Shown here piece after piece: positions 13,640 to 28,231 of a stretch of DNA of 63,998 nucleotides. The notes under the pieces were generated by a model. The model was not told the origin of the DNA and searched no databases. It saw only the letters and a program-made list of their open reading frames with translations. Location: positions 64,740,701-64,804,698 of the forward strand of contig NC_068993.1 in the NCBI RefSeq assembly GCF_001194135.2, in the 5' to 3' direction. Within the stretch, counting starts at the first letter, position 1. The number at the start of each line of letters is the position of its first letter. Source of the stretch: Octopus bimaculoides (taxonomy: Eukaryota). The translations under genes were made by a program, and so were the position numbers.

Positions 13640-14931
13640 GAGAGAGATGTGACCAGTCATTAAGCCTTAAGCAGATGTGACCTGCGTTCAGTTATCTCCT
13701 TCGCCTTTTGATTCTCCGTGCTTTTCTGTCTGTCTACTGACAATCCTATTTTTTTTTTAATTTAGAGTTAATATCATATCAATGCGGAGGCATGATTTTT
13801 GTCTGTAGTCTTTCAATATGATGTTTGGCCTATTTGTATCTATCTTNNNNNNNNNNAGAGAGAGAGAGATGTGACCAGTCATTAAGCCTTAAGCAGATGT
13901 GACCTGCGTTCAGTTATCTCCTTCGCCTTTTGATTCTCCGTGCTTTTCTGTCTGTCTACTGACAATCCTATTTTTTTTTTAATTTAGAGTTAATATCATA
14001 TCAATGCGGAGGCATGATTTTTGTCTGTAGTCTTTCAATATGATGTTTGGCCTATTTGTATCTATCTTTCTGTCAGTTTCAATGGTGAAGTTCCAGAGGA
14101 GTGCGATGTGATGATCATTTTCAAGCACTGGGAGTGGTTTGTGTTCCCACCAGTTTTTATCATGGGACAAGTCCAGGTGTGTGTGAGTGTGTGTTTGTAA
14201 GCATTCATGTACAAATGTAAGGGTATATATATGTATGTATATATCTCTATATAAGATCATTTTTATGTGTGTGTGTGGAAATTAGTTGAAACAACATGTC
14301 GCTGAATGTGTGTAACAAGAAACAACGCCCATTAAGTATCTTCACAGAAGCTGGCAAACTGTAAATAACCGAACGACATTTTCTGACAACTCTTTCCATT
14401 TACCAACTAACTTATACTTCTTCAACTCTCCGCCGTTAATTTGCTCTCCACATTTTCCTTCTGGGTTCTACTTCTCCTTCCTTTATCCTCTACTGGATTG
14501 TTATTTACAGGTTTCTTTAGATTTAAATTTCTTAACAGACGTCATCACATAGAAAGCAGAGTCACATTTCATCAATGATTTATTCGAAGAGTCATATTGT
14601 AAGGACTATTTACTTCGTCTTATTCCGCTCTCCACAACTGTTATTTTTTCCATCGAAACTTCGCGAAATATTTCAATCCAGTCGAAATTTGTAAAGCTTA
14701 TTTCCCCCTCCCTCCCTTGACGCGTGCTCACACAAAAATACATTTAAATTAAAATTATTAAGCTCCAGCCCACCTTGCGAACTGCCAAGATGAAAAAGCA
14801 TTCCTGAAAAATGTACCAGTTGGTATGGTCATATTTCTTACTTTCAGTTAAAAACAGAAGTTCAGTAAAGTCGTACACGACTTTTGAATTTGTTACATGG
14901 TCTGAGAAATATATATTGTTCCTTCGTTTTA

Positions 14932-14969
<38 letters not shown>

Positions 14970-17900
14970 GATAACGTAGTTTATGCTACAAGTCTTCAAT
15001 GCGGGCAAAACGCTGCTCCTCTAAATGGAAACCTTGCATGCCATCGTGGCTTTGTGGCACGAAGCAAAGCAAGACTTGCCGTCCACTCAAGCGCCTTTCG
15101 GAGCACTTGTTGTTGTTCAGATGTTGCTTAAAGTGAGGTGCGGATGAACCGGCATATTTTCTTGTCTGTGTATTGGATGTGTTACAACTGCCGATGTTTC
15201 TTTCATTAACTCTGCGTCTGAGGTTGTTTTTGTCGTTGCTGAAGTCGCTGCCAATGCTGATATTCCTGGACGTGATCCTGGTCGCTCTGCTGCAGCTGGT
15301 ACAGCAGCTATTTCCGATCGCAAAGCTAGTGTTACTGCCAGTGGCAGTAACCCCCTCAGCCTCATACCTCAACCCCTTCGGCTTCGCATCACCACACCCA
15401 CACCACTGGGCAGTCATTCTCTGCCCTATATGAGCACCCAGCCTCTGATCGCAGTTTAGGGGTACTCACTAAAATTTTCTTAATGCTGGGCTTACTAAAC
15501 AAACGTTCGTATCTGTGTGACTGTGAACTATTTGTCCACCAATCTAAGGAATATTCTACCCAAACAGGTTTTAACATTGAGAGAGAAGGGTGGGGCAAAC
15601 TAAACGACACTATGGTGACGCTTCCTTTAGCGGGTACCAAGGCACGGGCACGGGCACGGCATACAGACGCCGTCCTTAAACTCACTGGACATANNNNNNN
15701 NNNNNNNNNNNNNNNNNNNNNNNNNNNNNNNNNNTATATATATATATATGGAAGATAATTACAGCGTCTGAAGAAAAACGAGGTTTCGTGCCAGATGCTT
15801 AGCAAACTGATAAGTGCCATGCAGGAATTTGTTACTTGTAACTTTCTGCTGATTAAAACCTGAAAAAGTAAATGAATTCATATATTGAGTTCCGTTTGCC
15901 ATGTTTGTTTTAACACACACATACGAGCGCGCGCGCACACACACACACACCACACGCACATAACATTGCACACACGCACACCTACATAATTCCATGCCAT
16001 TTTATCACTTTATTAATTTGTCATCTATTTCTCTTATATTTAACTTTAACAAAACAGTGTCCTCTCTTCTTCAGGTGTTAACTGCTCTGGTGTCACAAAG
16101 CTAACAGCCTACCCAAGTATCCAGTACTTGACCACTCCTAACTATCCTCACTTTTATGCAAGGTAAGGATGTAACAATGTTTTTTTCTCTTTGAAATTAA
16201 TCTTTACCTCTCAACCATAATGTGTTTTAGTGTTTCAGTTTGGAAGTAAAGGCTCTGATCTCACTGCAATAATACAATATACAGGTTACTGTTTGCTATA
16301 TTTACATCGGCAAGTAAAATGTCTTGCGGTAAAAACACGGACTACTATGTTATATAGAGACGTTCGTGATTGTTGTGGTGAAGGATATTCAGATATTCAG
16401 GACGTACTACAAGAAAACTATCCTCTGGACGAAAGAATTTTTTTTTTTTTTTTTTTTGAAATCATATATTTCCAATATGTAGAGATCTTGCTCCCAAACG
16501 ATGGGAATATTCTGTCGTTCTTGGCAAACTAACTTCTCCAAATTTAATAACTTCATTAAATAATGTTTTGCAATGCGGCAATCGCTACTATCCTTAGACT
16601 CCGTTCTTTTCTTTTTATTTATAAACATATTATTGAGGTGAGCAGGCTGTCGAAGACGTAGGCCTACCAGTACTACTTGTTCAGTGCGATAAAGTAGACG
16701 GTGGGGACCGATGTCAAGCGCAGGGTCGGAAAGATGATTGCAGCGTTTCAGGGAATGTACAAAACCTGATCCACGGTCACTCAGGATATCAGCATCGGAA
16801 TCTAGACTAAGTACTATGCAAGTCAAATGTGAGAAGAAACAAAAACTGCAAGAAGCAACATATTCGGATAAGACACTTAGAAATCCTTAGAATTTTGCAA
16901 CATCAATCGTTTCAACAACACAGTTTCAAGAAGTGCCTCGTCGCGAAGTTTCGAAGACATTGTGATGGAACAAAAGATGCATATTTACTTATTACAGCAA
17001 CCAGTCATCAGCGTGAAGAAACTGCTATGTGATTATCATCAACAGGAAAAAGAAGACAGAAAAATTGTTGTGCGACATTGTGTGAACATTGGAAGAGGAC
17101 CTGGGCTGCGTGGGTTCGTGTACTTTTGCATGGTTGTGTCTGTGCGTATGCGTCCGAATATCTACATCCATAGGAATGTGAATGTGGGTGCGAATTTCAT
17201 TATGGTAAAGTCTGGATTTCGAGGCCACGCGATGGCATTTTTTTATTTTGACAGACACGGATCAATTCAAAGACTGCGAGGGGAATTGCGAAACTGTTTC
17301 GAAACTCATCGAATGTATTTAACTCTAATTCAAAATTTCAGTTCTGCCCCACATTGTCACACTGATTCAGTCAGCGAATTACAAGTACGAACGTCTACGA
17401 ATTACTCAGCCGTCATATTTCAGTATGGAGGCAGAACAGTTAATTGAATAACTGGAATACATACCGTCGAAACTGGGGGCAATTTATTTCTTTTTCTTTT
17501 AGATGCGTGCATGCGCGCGCGCGCGTGTGTGTGTGTGTGTGTACGTGTATGTGAGTGCCTTTGAGCGTATGTCATCCTATTTCATTCCATACGTGGAATA
17601 TATTCTGTGCGAGTTTATGTCTATATATGTATATATGCTCGTGTATGCATGCATGCATGTATGTATGTTTGTATGTATGTATGTGTATTTGCGAAGGGAG
17701 CCCCATTGCTTGGCTAGCTGCTACGGTAGTTTATATCTTCCTCCTTGGCGGAAGGCAGAATAAATCACCAGTTTTAGGCCAATCAGCTACTGGCTTTAGC
17801 AGCATTACTCGGACCTAGGATACAGTTGCAGACATCGACACCGTTGCACTTAAACCATAGGAGGACAAGTGAAGAAAATTCCCTGCCGCTTTTCACCACG

Positions 17901-18565
17901 AGTCTCAGAAAGCCTTAAAAGTGAAGCTTAGTAACGCCCTCCTTCATTCGACGCGTAAAATTACCTCTCGTACTTAAGTTAATTACTATCCGCCAACTGT
18001 AGGCGAGAAGACTTAGACAATAAGACTTCCGACGGTTGTCATTCTACTTAAACATTCAAAGCTAGACAACAACACAACAATGGCAGCGAAATGAAAACAA
18101 GCAGAAAAATAAACCGATATTGACTAGAAACAAAATATAGATATTTTTTGTTTATTTCATTCATTTATCACCTTTTACAACCTTATCTCGAAGAATCGGA
18201 TCTTTTCCAGACACCAAATCATTAAAAACGTATTGGCATTAATTATGCTTCACTTGAAAAAAAAGAAGAAATTTTAACTTTTCATTTTATAATTTGTAAT
18301 TGATAACTTATACTCGATATTACGTGTTCCCCATCTGCACTGAAACATATTTGAAGAAGAAAGTTAAACAAGAAGAAACCGTATTATTAATACTGTCTTT
18401 CTCTCTCTCTGCCCTCTCTATCACTCCTCTCTTACTAACAATTTCCTTCTCGCACCATATATATGTATATATGTATATATGTATGTATATATATATATAT
18501 ATATATATNNNNNNNNNNNNNNNNNNNNNNNNNNNNNNNNNNNNNNNNNNNNNNNNNNNNNNNGT

Positions 18566-18608
<43 letters not shown>

Positions 18609-21600
18609 GACGCGCGCGCACACATATCTGTATGTATATATGTGTATGCATATATATATATATATAGATAGATAGATAGATAGATAGATAGACAGCTGAC
18701 TGGGAAGGGTTCGCACTGGAAGTAATAAGAGATGGCTGTTTGCGATGAAGGTCTCTTGAAACGGAATTTCCCGAAGAATAGACTCGAAGAGGAAGCCACT
18801 GTTAAAAGGACAGGCCTGCGGAGGGTTGATGTAACTGCTACAAAATATAAGCCAAATTTTAGATTACATAATATGGCTTTAATACAGGAAGATTACGTTG
18901 GATATTTGTCTTCTAGCTACACTATGTATCATTAAAAGTTAGGATTATCACGGCTGATACAAAGAATAATGTAATTTTCGATATTATATAGATATGATAC
19001 ATGATAAAAAAATTTTAAATTCTGGTCTGACACATTAGTCTGTGACGTTCATGACTACCCGTTTGATAAGGTTACACCAGACACGTGCATCACAACCATA
19101 TGCGCGTGATATGGAGATCTCATATCAAGATAAAAAGTGGATGACTTTGCAGGTGGGGCCTAGTTAGAATTTTCTTCAAGTCAAGTAGGTCATCTGCTCA
19201 AAAGGTCCCTGAATAAAGGTTATTTAAGGATGATGAACCAAACACCTATGTTTCTAGAAGTGAATTATTCAAATCCCAAACAATTCCTTTCAGTACATGG
19301 TACTGATAACCACCCCCTACTACTCTTCTGCTTAAGATAAGAGATGCACATATCGTCAGCCACCAAGGGACAGGCTCAACTGGCTACGGTCAAGTAACTA
19401 ACAAGCAAATCTGTGGCATTGAGCAGAATATTTGTTGTAGCCCATCTTTTACACCAAGACAAAACATATACATGTTAACACTTCCAATCAGTTTAAGATC
19501 AGAAGTCATAGGAGCCGCTGCCTGTTACTCTGTTACGGGATTTATTATTATTATTGTTGTTGTTGTTGTTGTTGTTACCGTCTTGAGACGCCACGTCTTT
19601 TCGATTAGCAAATCTGTATAAGGCATCTATTTTACATGGATGACTTAAAACTCTATGGCAAAGTCGATAATGAGCTTGAAGGACAGACTACGTGCGAAGA
19701 CCACTTTCCAGAGGCACGTTATTAATTTAAAGTTGGGTGCAACATTTCCCTTTTCAGGATCCTTGACACATAACAATGTCTTTCTCCTTGTCATCCAGCT
19801 GGGTACTGCGCCTTCCTGCAAGCTCTTATCTAGCTGTTGCAATATCCTTTCATAGAGCCCTCTCAGCTTCTTCATCCAATAACATTATTATTTATTTATT
19901 TATTTATTTGCAGCAACTTGTCATGTTCATGGTTAATCAACTCTGGAAGCCGGTCTGGAAAATTGTATCTTGATGTCAGAGATTCAGATATCGAATATTC
20001 CATCGGATGTATGAAGGACTATGCAGAATTGTACTTAGGTAAGACAACAGATATCTTCACATGACTGTTCTAGAACACGCTTACACCAAAACATGCTGGC
20101 ATGATATACACAACCGCACAACCGCATAGATAAATGGACAGACAGATAGATAGATAGATAGACAGATAGATAGACAGATAGATAGACAGATAGATAGACA
20201 GATAGATAGATAGATAGATAACCACTACACACATTTTTTTTCTCTCCTTTTTTTTTCTCTGCTTCTTTTTCTCCTTGTTTCTTTCTGTGTTCTTTTCTGT
20301 GGAAGAGCGTAGGCTCGAAACGTTAAAGACTTTTTCAATTCCCGAGCGTTATACTAATACATCCGTTTGTTTTCTACACCACCTGTCTTCATCTGTTTTT
20401 TTTGGGGGGGGGAGGGGGGTTGTGAATTCTCCCATGATAGATAGATAGATAGATAGCGTGTCAAGGCTGGTCGTTTTGAATACAGGTACAACTCATTTTA
20501 GCCAGCTCAGTGGACTGGAACGGCGTGAAATAAAAATGTTTTGCTGAAAGACACAACGCGTCACCGGCGTATGAACTCATGACTTTACGATCGCGAGTCG
20601 AATACTCTAACCACTAAGCCACGCGCCTTCATACACATCATATACAACATTAAAAGGAAATGAGGTAAAAAGGGGATGATAGTGATGAGGTCCCCTTGCT
20701 ACAAGAAGACCGCTAAGGATAATCGAGGAACTCCACCATCCAGGATCTCGCTGAACCCCAAGGGCAAGTGCTCTTTCCGATTTCTCTTCTCCAACTCACA
20801 AGTCTACAGGTAGAGCGATACCATCCACTCTTGCTATTTTCGCAAGTTTCCTCTACTTTTCATTCAATTCACTCGAGGACAATACTTCCCTGTCCAACCA
20901 CACTTTTCTGTTCAAAGAGGAATGTCACTGTCCACCTGCCTTTCAACCTCATCCACCAGGAAAAGGAAATCTACTTCACCTGTCCGATTAAAGAAAAGCG
21001 GTGGGGCAATCTTCCCTATGGACCCGGAACCTGATAGCCGGATCCACCTCACATGCTACAGCAGCCCTTTGGCATAACTTCTTAAGTCAAGAATGCCCGG
21101 ATACTGAATGAGTGCACGCATCTCGAACAAGCCCGTCTGACAGCACAAAAGGCACAGAGCCTGAAATTTTGTGGCTAGCGTTTAGTTGGTGAATTCGCCC
21201 CCAATATTTGAGTACCACTTCATTTTATTGGTCGCTGAGTGAATAAAGACGAATTTGAACTCAGCGGGATTTGAAGTTTTAATGTATAGAGGTGGAAAAC
21301 ATGTCACAATATGTTTTTGCTAACGCTCTGTCGTATCTAACATTCACAAGTATTGAATTTTTTTTTTTTTTTATCAACAAGTATCTGAGAGAATGGGGTC
21401 AATGTAAGGAGGAAAGACAAACAGTGATTGTCAGTAATTTGTAAAAGGGACGTCATCAACATTAACAAGTAATAGATTCACTAATTAGAGGGGGAAACAC
21501 CTATTATAAATGTAGGTAAAGCTGCAGCCTATCACAAAGTTCAAGATTTTTCAGATACATCACAAGGGAAATTGTCCTATGGCAGTGTATATCATTGTTT

Positions 21601-24600
21601 TCGAGTCGCATAATTTCGTTTGGTCTATATAACTTCGCCAGTCTCTCCGATCTCACCCATAAGTGAACTAATGTAGCAGCCTCTACATGTTTCCTCGATC
21701 TGCAGGAAATAGCTACAAAATGTCTATCTTCTAGATACTGTCTTATAAATGACACATTAGACAATGTGTACATAGGTCTTCTACTGTTAGGAAAAAGACG
21801 GGATTGTCACATCTGGAGTGTCTTTGTCCATACGTCTGCTCGATCAACGCTATTTTGAGCTTAACATTTCATGAAACACCTAAGGCATCTCTAACTTTGT
21901 CTTCTTCAAATTTACTTGAAGAAATTAATTCACCAGAGAAGAAGCTTCAAGTTTGCAAAACTATATTCATATGTACACAGCCCTCCGTATTTGAAGGGAA
22001 CAGTAGATCCCTTCAGATCTTGTAAATTTCTGATGCTCACCCGATTTCTGTAAAGTGAGCCGACGTCGACGCCTCTAAGTGTTGACTAAAAGGCAAAGTT
22101 GGCGGCGTCGGTTGAAGTTGCAATTCAAAACGTAGAGAGCAAAAAAAAAACAAAAAAACAACAAATCAAAGCATTTTGAGGATTCTACGAGTGCATCATC
22201 CGATATTATCATGCATTATCATCCTGTTATAAGTTTTATCTTTACCATTAACCTCAGCAGCAGCAGCAGTATCACCATCATCGACACCACGACCATCATG
22301 ATTATCATAACCATTACCTTCACCCTCTCTTTACTACCATCATCATCATCATTGTTATCATTATCATCATCAACATCATCATAATCGTCATCAAGATCGT
22401 CATCATCATCATCATAATCGTCATCAAGATCGTCATCATCATCATCGTAATCATCACCATCATCATCATTACAATAATGGTTTTTGATTTTGCTTTGTTT
22501 TGTTCGTTTATTTTATTTTTTTTAAATCTACGTCTAATAGCATTAGATTCTTTTTAATAATTCACAAACTAACAAATAATAAATCGTTAAATTATGATAT
22601 TTTATCTTCCAGAAAACATGTGAAATGTTTAGTTATCGAAATATTTTTCTAATCATAAATATAATGAGAATAATCAGTTCAAAAACAGTGGAATAACATC
22701 GCAGCCAAAATATTGAACAGACTGGAAAAGTTTGCAAATTCTTTAAAGTTTAATTATATTATATCATTAGAGAAATCTTCATTCACATCCAGAGGAGAAT
22801 AATTGAAGTAATTTATCGAATACAATTTATTATAAATTTATGTATGGCTGCACAAACGCCCATAAGCATACGTATAAAGATAAACTCATATATGTAGCAT
22901 ATTATAGCAATTGCAATAATATATGTATGTATGTAGGTATGTATGTATGTATGTATATTGACACATACAAACACACACACATATATGTATGTATACACTT
23001 ACATAATACATACACAGGCATCTACTAACATCGTGCACGCATGTACACACCGACGCTTTCCAGTACCTAATGTCTATAATTGATATTTTTCATCATTTTC
23101 TATAATGCACTGAGAGCAATCCGGTTTGTACAGCGAACTCACAGATTGTGACTCCTCTGTCTACGCGAATCAATTCGTCCACTTTGCTGGCGTCTCTTGT
23201 CAGTGACGGCATTTCGTTAGTCTCCCACTGTGATTTGTCTTCAATACAGCTTTCCTCTGCATCTATCCATCTGTGCTGACATCTCGCTCAATATTCTGTT
23301 ACCTTCTGTGGATGCTGCACTCTTTCTTCGCCGAAAACTGACTGTCCGCCTCTGGCTTCTGTTTGCACTCCACTATTTGTCAGCAATAAAGAAGATCGAA
23401 AAGACAGGTTCCTATAGAGGTGGAGTTACTTTACCAACATGTGCTGAAAACTTTGGTAACAATCTTCCACCCGGGTTCCGAAACCGCAACTCCAAATCAC
23501 CATACAAACATCAACTGGTGACGTCACCCACCTCCAGTCCAATGAAATTCTACAAACACCAGTTGCTGACGTCACCTAACTAAAGACCAATCAAACCCGA
23601 ACTTCAGCGAATACAACGAAATGACCCTTTAAGAAAACCAACTAACCGGAACGACTTATGTCCGTATCCACAAGGAAACCAACCAAGCAGAACAATAAAC
23701 TTGACCACGGAAAAAAGAAAAAACCTCACCAGGATTTTAACGAATCAAAAATCAGACCCGCTCGCGGAAAAAAATTATAAATTCATCCGATCCCAAAACA
23801 TGCCACGACAAGTGAAAGCGTCTACAGAAGGAGGATCAGAGAAACTGTAAACCTAATTCCTCCCCCCCACCTTTTTTTTTGACTATTTTCATTTCACACT
23901 TGTTCTTTTTTTTTTCCAGTATGACTTGTCGACCACCACTAAAATTAATGAACTTTGTACATTCAAACAAATTGATATACAGTTTTAATTATATTGACTG
24001 CTGTGAACATTCAAACATACACCTGTTTTGAACATGTTAATTTATCAACATTGAAACATTTTAGTTTGTCAACATTGAAACTTTTAAAGATTTTTTTTTT
24101 AATTTTAAACTTTTACCATTGATAAACAAAAACTATTGTTGAATCTAGTTTGGTATATATGTAAATAAATGTATTTTAAACATTTACGAGTTTTTGAAAT
24201 TTAGGTGCATTTTCAACAGCACATTTTCCTATATTTTTTTCCTGCGTGGAAACACCCCCACCCCCCTCTTTTGTTAAATATATATATATATACACATATA
24301 CACTCATCACTTGCCTCGCAGTGGCACACTGGGGCACACCTACAATTTCTACGACATCGTAGTGGCCATTTTTGTTTGGGTTTCTCGCTCGTAATGCACA
24401 CATGTGCAACTGTGTGTGCTTAGCTATAGCTGTTTACTTACTTATAGTTATTTTGCAGGAACCGACAGAAAAGCTGATATCTTCAGCCGATGGTGTGGAG
24501 GCACTCGACGCAAGTTTTACACCTATCACGCAAGTCTATTCATTCACTTCCATTCAGATGCTTCTCTGACTGGCCGAGGCTTCCAGTTATCGTATTACAT

Positions 24601-25917
24601 GGGATCACGTAAGTTACTCATTTAACACATTATTTTTCAATGATATAATTGTCATATAACTGTTAGTAAATAAATGCGAATAAAAAAAACAAAGAAATTG
24701 CTAAACTATTTTTAATTATTGCCAAATAATGGCAATAAGTGTTGCATACTTTGGTATTACAAGAACTTAGAGCGAAATAACAGCATTACCGAGCGAAATA
24801 ATAGCATTACAGAGATTAAACCGGAACTCAAAGAAAGAACTTCCAAACTTAGTTCTTTTTTTTTATTTATCTATTTCGTTTATAGATTCTAATTTAGGTT
24901 GAAATACAAACTCTCCGTTTGTACAATTTAAATTAAGTATTTAAAAGTCAAGTTTAAACATTGCAGGAGTTTCTCAAATCGATGTTCTGTCGTATCTACT
25001 ATTCTCTATGTTGATAAGAATTGGTATTCTGAGAATATGTAACATATTTTCTCCGAACTGATGGACATATCCATTGCTTTCCCTTGTAGCCTTTAAGAAC
25101 CAACTTCAAACTGCATTGTGTTTATTTTTCATTACTGATATTACTGGATTTATCTCCCTTACTCGCACATTTTGATTTTAAACATTCCTAGAGGGAGTAT
25201 TAACCTCCTAATTACAGTGATAATCTATCAATTTTTCGATAATCTCAGTTTATCAAAATATTTCAATTTCACTGTAATGCATACGTGAGAGTCTTTATTG
25301 CGTGCCATACGAGTCTTCATTATGCCATACGACTTTTTGAAGTACTTCTCTTTGACCCGGGAAAATGTGTATATGTGTGTGTAGATGTGGGTGTGCATGT
25401 TTGTGTGTGTATGTGTGCTCTATTGATAGCTTTATGGACGGAGTTTATAAAAGCTGGCATGATCGTAGGCTTAGTTTGAGCCTTACGTATTACAGAGTGG
25501 TCGACTTTAAAACCACCAACTGGCAAAGGGTTTACTTGTCACAACTATTCAGATTTTATCAAGGCCGCTGATTTCTACTGCAGATATCTAGAATTTGCCA
25601 TTTTCAGCATCTCTTCCTTGGGGATAAAAACAAAACGTTTTATATGCTTCCGTTCGCCCTCCTATTATTTCATGAAAATCTTTGAGAAGTTGCAAGATAC
25701 AACACTACACTGAAAAGTGGGTGTACACTGTCGAATAAATCCTTATCGATTTATTGTTTCTATCATATAAAATGAGTATTTCAACTTTAAAAAAAAAACA
25801 ACGATTGGAGATACATTTCTAATCAATATGCCAGTTCTAACTGGCCCTAAGTGGTTCCGAACACTGCAACAAGCGATAAGAAATATAGGCTTAGAAGTAA
25901 ATATGTAAATAATTCGC

Positions 25918-25948
<31 letters not shown>

Positions 25949-26323
25949 ATTACCCAGGCATACGGAAACATACATAGTAATATTTAATACATATAGACTC
26001 GAACACACACGCATACTCAAAAACACACATATAATAGAATGTATATACGTGCGTGTATGCGTTGTATATCAGAGATTATTTGAGATGTTTGTGCCAAATT
26101 TGGTACCTATTCATTTGGCATGGTAATTTGGAGATTTGGAATTTTGCAATTCTGAAAGTTTGAAGTTAATTATCCAGAAAAGCACAGCCCTAAGCCTTTG
26201 GATCGAGATTTCGAGACGTGCTGAGAGAATTTGGCACGCAGTACAGATACATATACAGACGCACATATATATATATATATATATATATATACATTTATAG
26301 ATATAGATATGTACATACATTTA

Positions 26324-26372
<49 letters not shown>

Positions 26373-27405
26373 ATACACACATACATATAACTATTAATCA
26401 ATATTCACCAGAATAAATAAATAAATGGAATCACACTCACATAAATTACTAGCAAGCACACCTACCTCTGTGTGTTTGTGTATGTTTGTAGTATAGGCCA
26501 TACGTATATTAGTAACTATTCGTTTGAATCAGACAAACTACAGTTTCATCTTCATAATAACTCGATTAGTGCAATAACAGCGGTGTGTAATCAAACGATA
26601 TGTAAACACTATCGGAGTAAACCCAACAAGTAATTCTGGGATTATTTCATTATTTTCGCTTTTTTTTTCCTACGATTATTAGAATATTCTGAAATCTCTA
26701 TTCCAACCTTTGCTTCCTCTTTTAATTAGCAATTTTAATTAGCAAGGAAGATGTTTCAGTTCATCTCTAATTTTGGAAATCTTTTCATCTTTCTAGGTTT
26801 TCCGTACTCATTCATAATTCTTATATGCTTATATTAATTCCATCATTTTTCCGTCCCATCATTGCTTTTCTCTGACCTTCTTTATCCCTCTTCTTTCATC
26901 TCCTTCTTCATTTCTTTGTTTTGTTTTTTTATTGCTTAGTTGCTTTCTATCCTCATTTTAAGCCTTTTTATTAAAAATAAAATCTCTTAGAATTTCAATA
27001 TTACTGGCTTGGTGGGGGGCGTGCCTTTATAACACGGCACTTGTAGACTATATTTCAACGTAGACAGAAGCCTCCAAGGGAGCATGGTTGAGAAATTGCA
27101 GCAGGATGTTCATGTTGTGCACACGAGAAAGCTAACCTTACGAGTATTAAACGCCTAGGGGCCGGTTCGAAGTACACTTTGCGTTGATCATACGTTGTTT
27201 ATGGGTTTGTGTGTGTGTGGTGCAAGGTAGAAAAGTGACCGAGTCCTTAAAGTTTTATGTAGCATCGCTCCGCTCTCAGTTCCCTCAGGGCCACGGTTTA
27301 TTTTGCCTTTCATCGTCGATAATAAAATGGAGTATATTTTTCTATTTTATGTCTATACTCAGGCATATATAAGTGTGGGTGTGTGTGTGTGTACGCGTAC
27401 GCGTT

Positions 27406-27470
<65 letters not shown>

Positions 27471-28169
27471 TCACATATCTAGAATAAATAAGCTCAAAGA
27501 ACGAACACATATTCCATCCTATTATAAAGTCATTTTAAGTTTAACTCTTCGAATACCGAGTAAATAGATTGCGTTCGGCAATCAGTCCATCGCGCACGAC
27601 AACCTATTTACCAACCTCATCCAATCTTATTTTCGGGTGATCTTTTGTTAACTTATTCAATCTAAAAGTGTAAGAAATAAGTAAGCATCGTTAATGATGG
27701 ATTTCCCGTGGCAGATGAATTTTTATTTTCTAGAGTTGAAGATATCTTAAAATAAGACCCTGATTTAAGGGAAATTATTTCTTCTCAGCGCAGTGATTTT
27801 TGTCAAATTTGTGTGCGATCAATTCAACTTCTCTCTTCTTCCTCTTTTTCCGCTTCCCCCCTCTTCCTCTCTCTTTTTCTCTGCATCACCCCCCCCCATC
27901 CTTACCGGGAAAGGTTTTCACATTGCAATCGGTGTACAACATATTTTTCTAGTGTTTGTTTAGATATACAATGGCATACACACGTATATATGACGTGCAT
28001 ATATGTATATGTATATATATCTGTGTGTGCGTGCGTGCACGCGTGTATGCATAAATATATGTTTGTAAACAAATACGTGTATGCGTTTGTGTGAGCATGT
28101 AAATGTATGTATATATATATACACATATAATATATATATATATACACACACACGTATATCTATCTATCA

Positions 28170-28231
<62 letters not shown>

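Noticed and set aside
16230-17460. Several 67-161 aa ORFs on both strands in intron 2
   Set aside because: No recognisable domain or consistent splice signals; at most a faint Tc1-like resemblance.
19020-19530. Sequence that looks familiar as an abundant octopus interspersed repeat
   Set aside because: Single copy in this window with no diagnostic motif; recall alone is not sufficient evidence.
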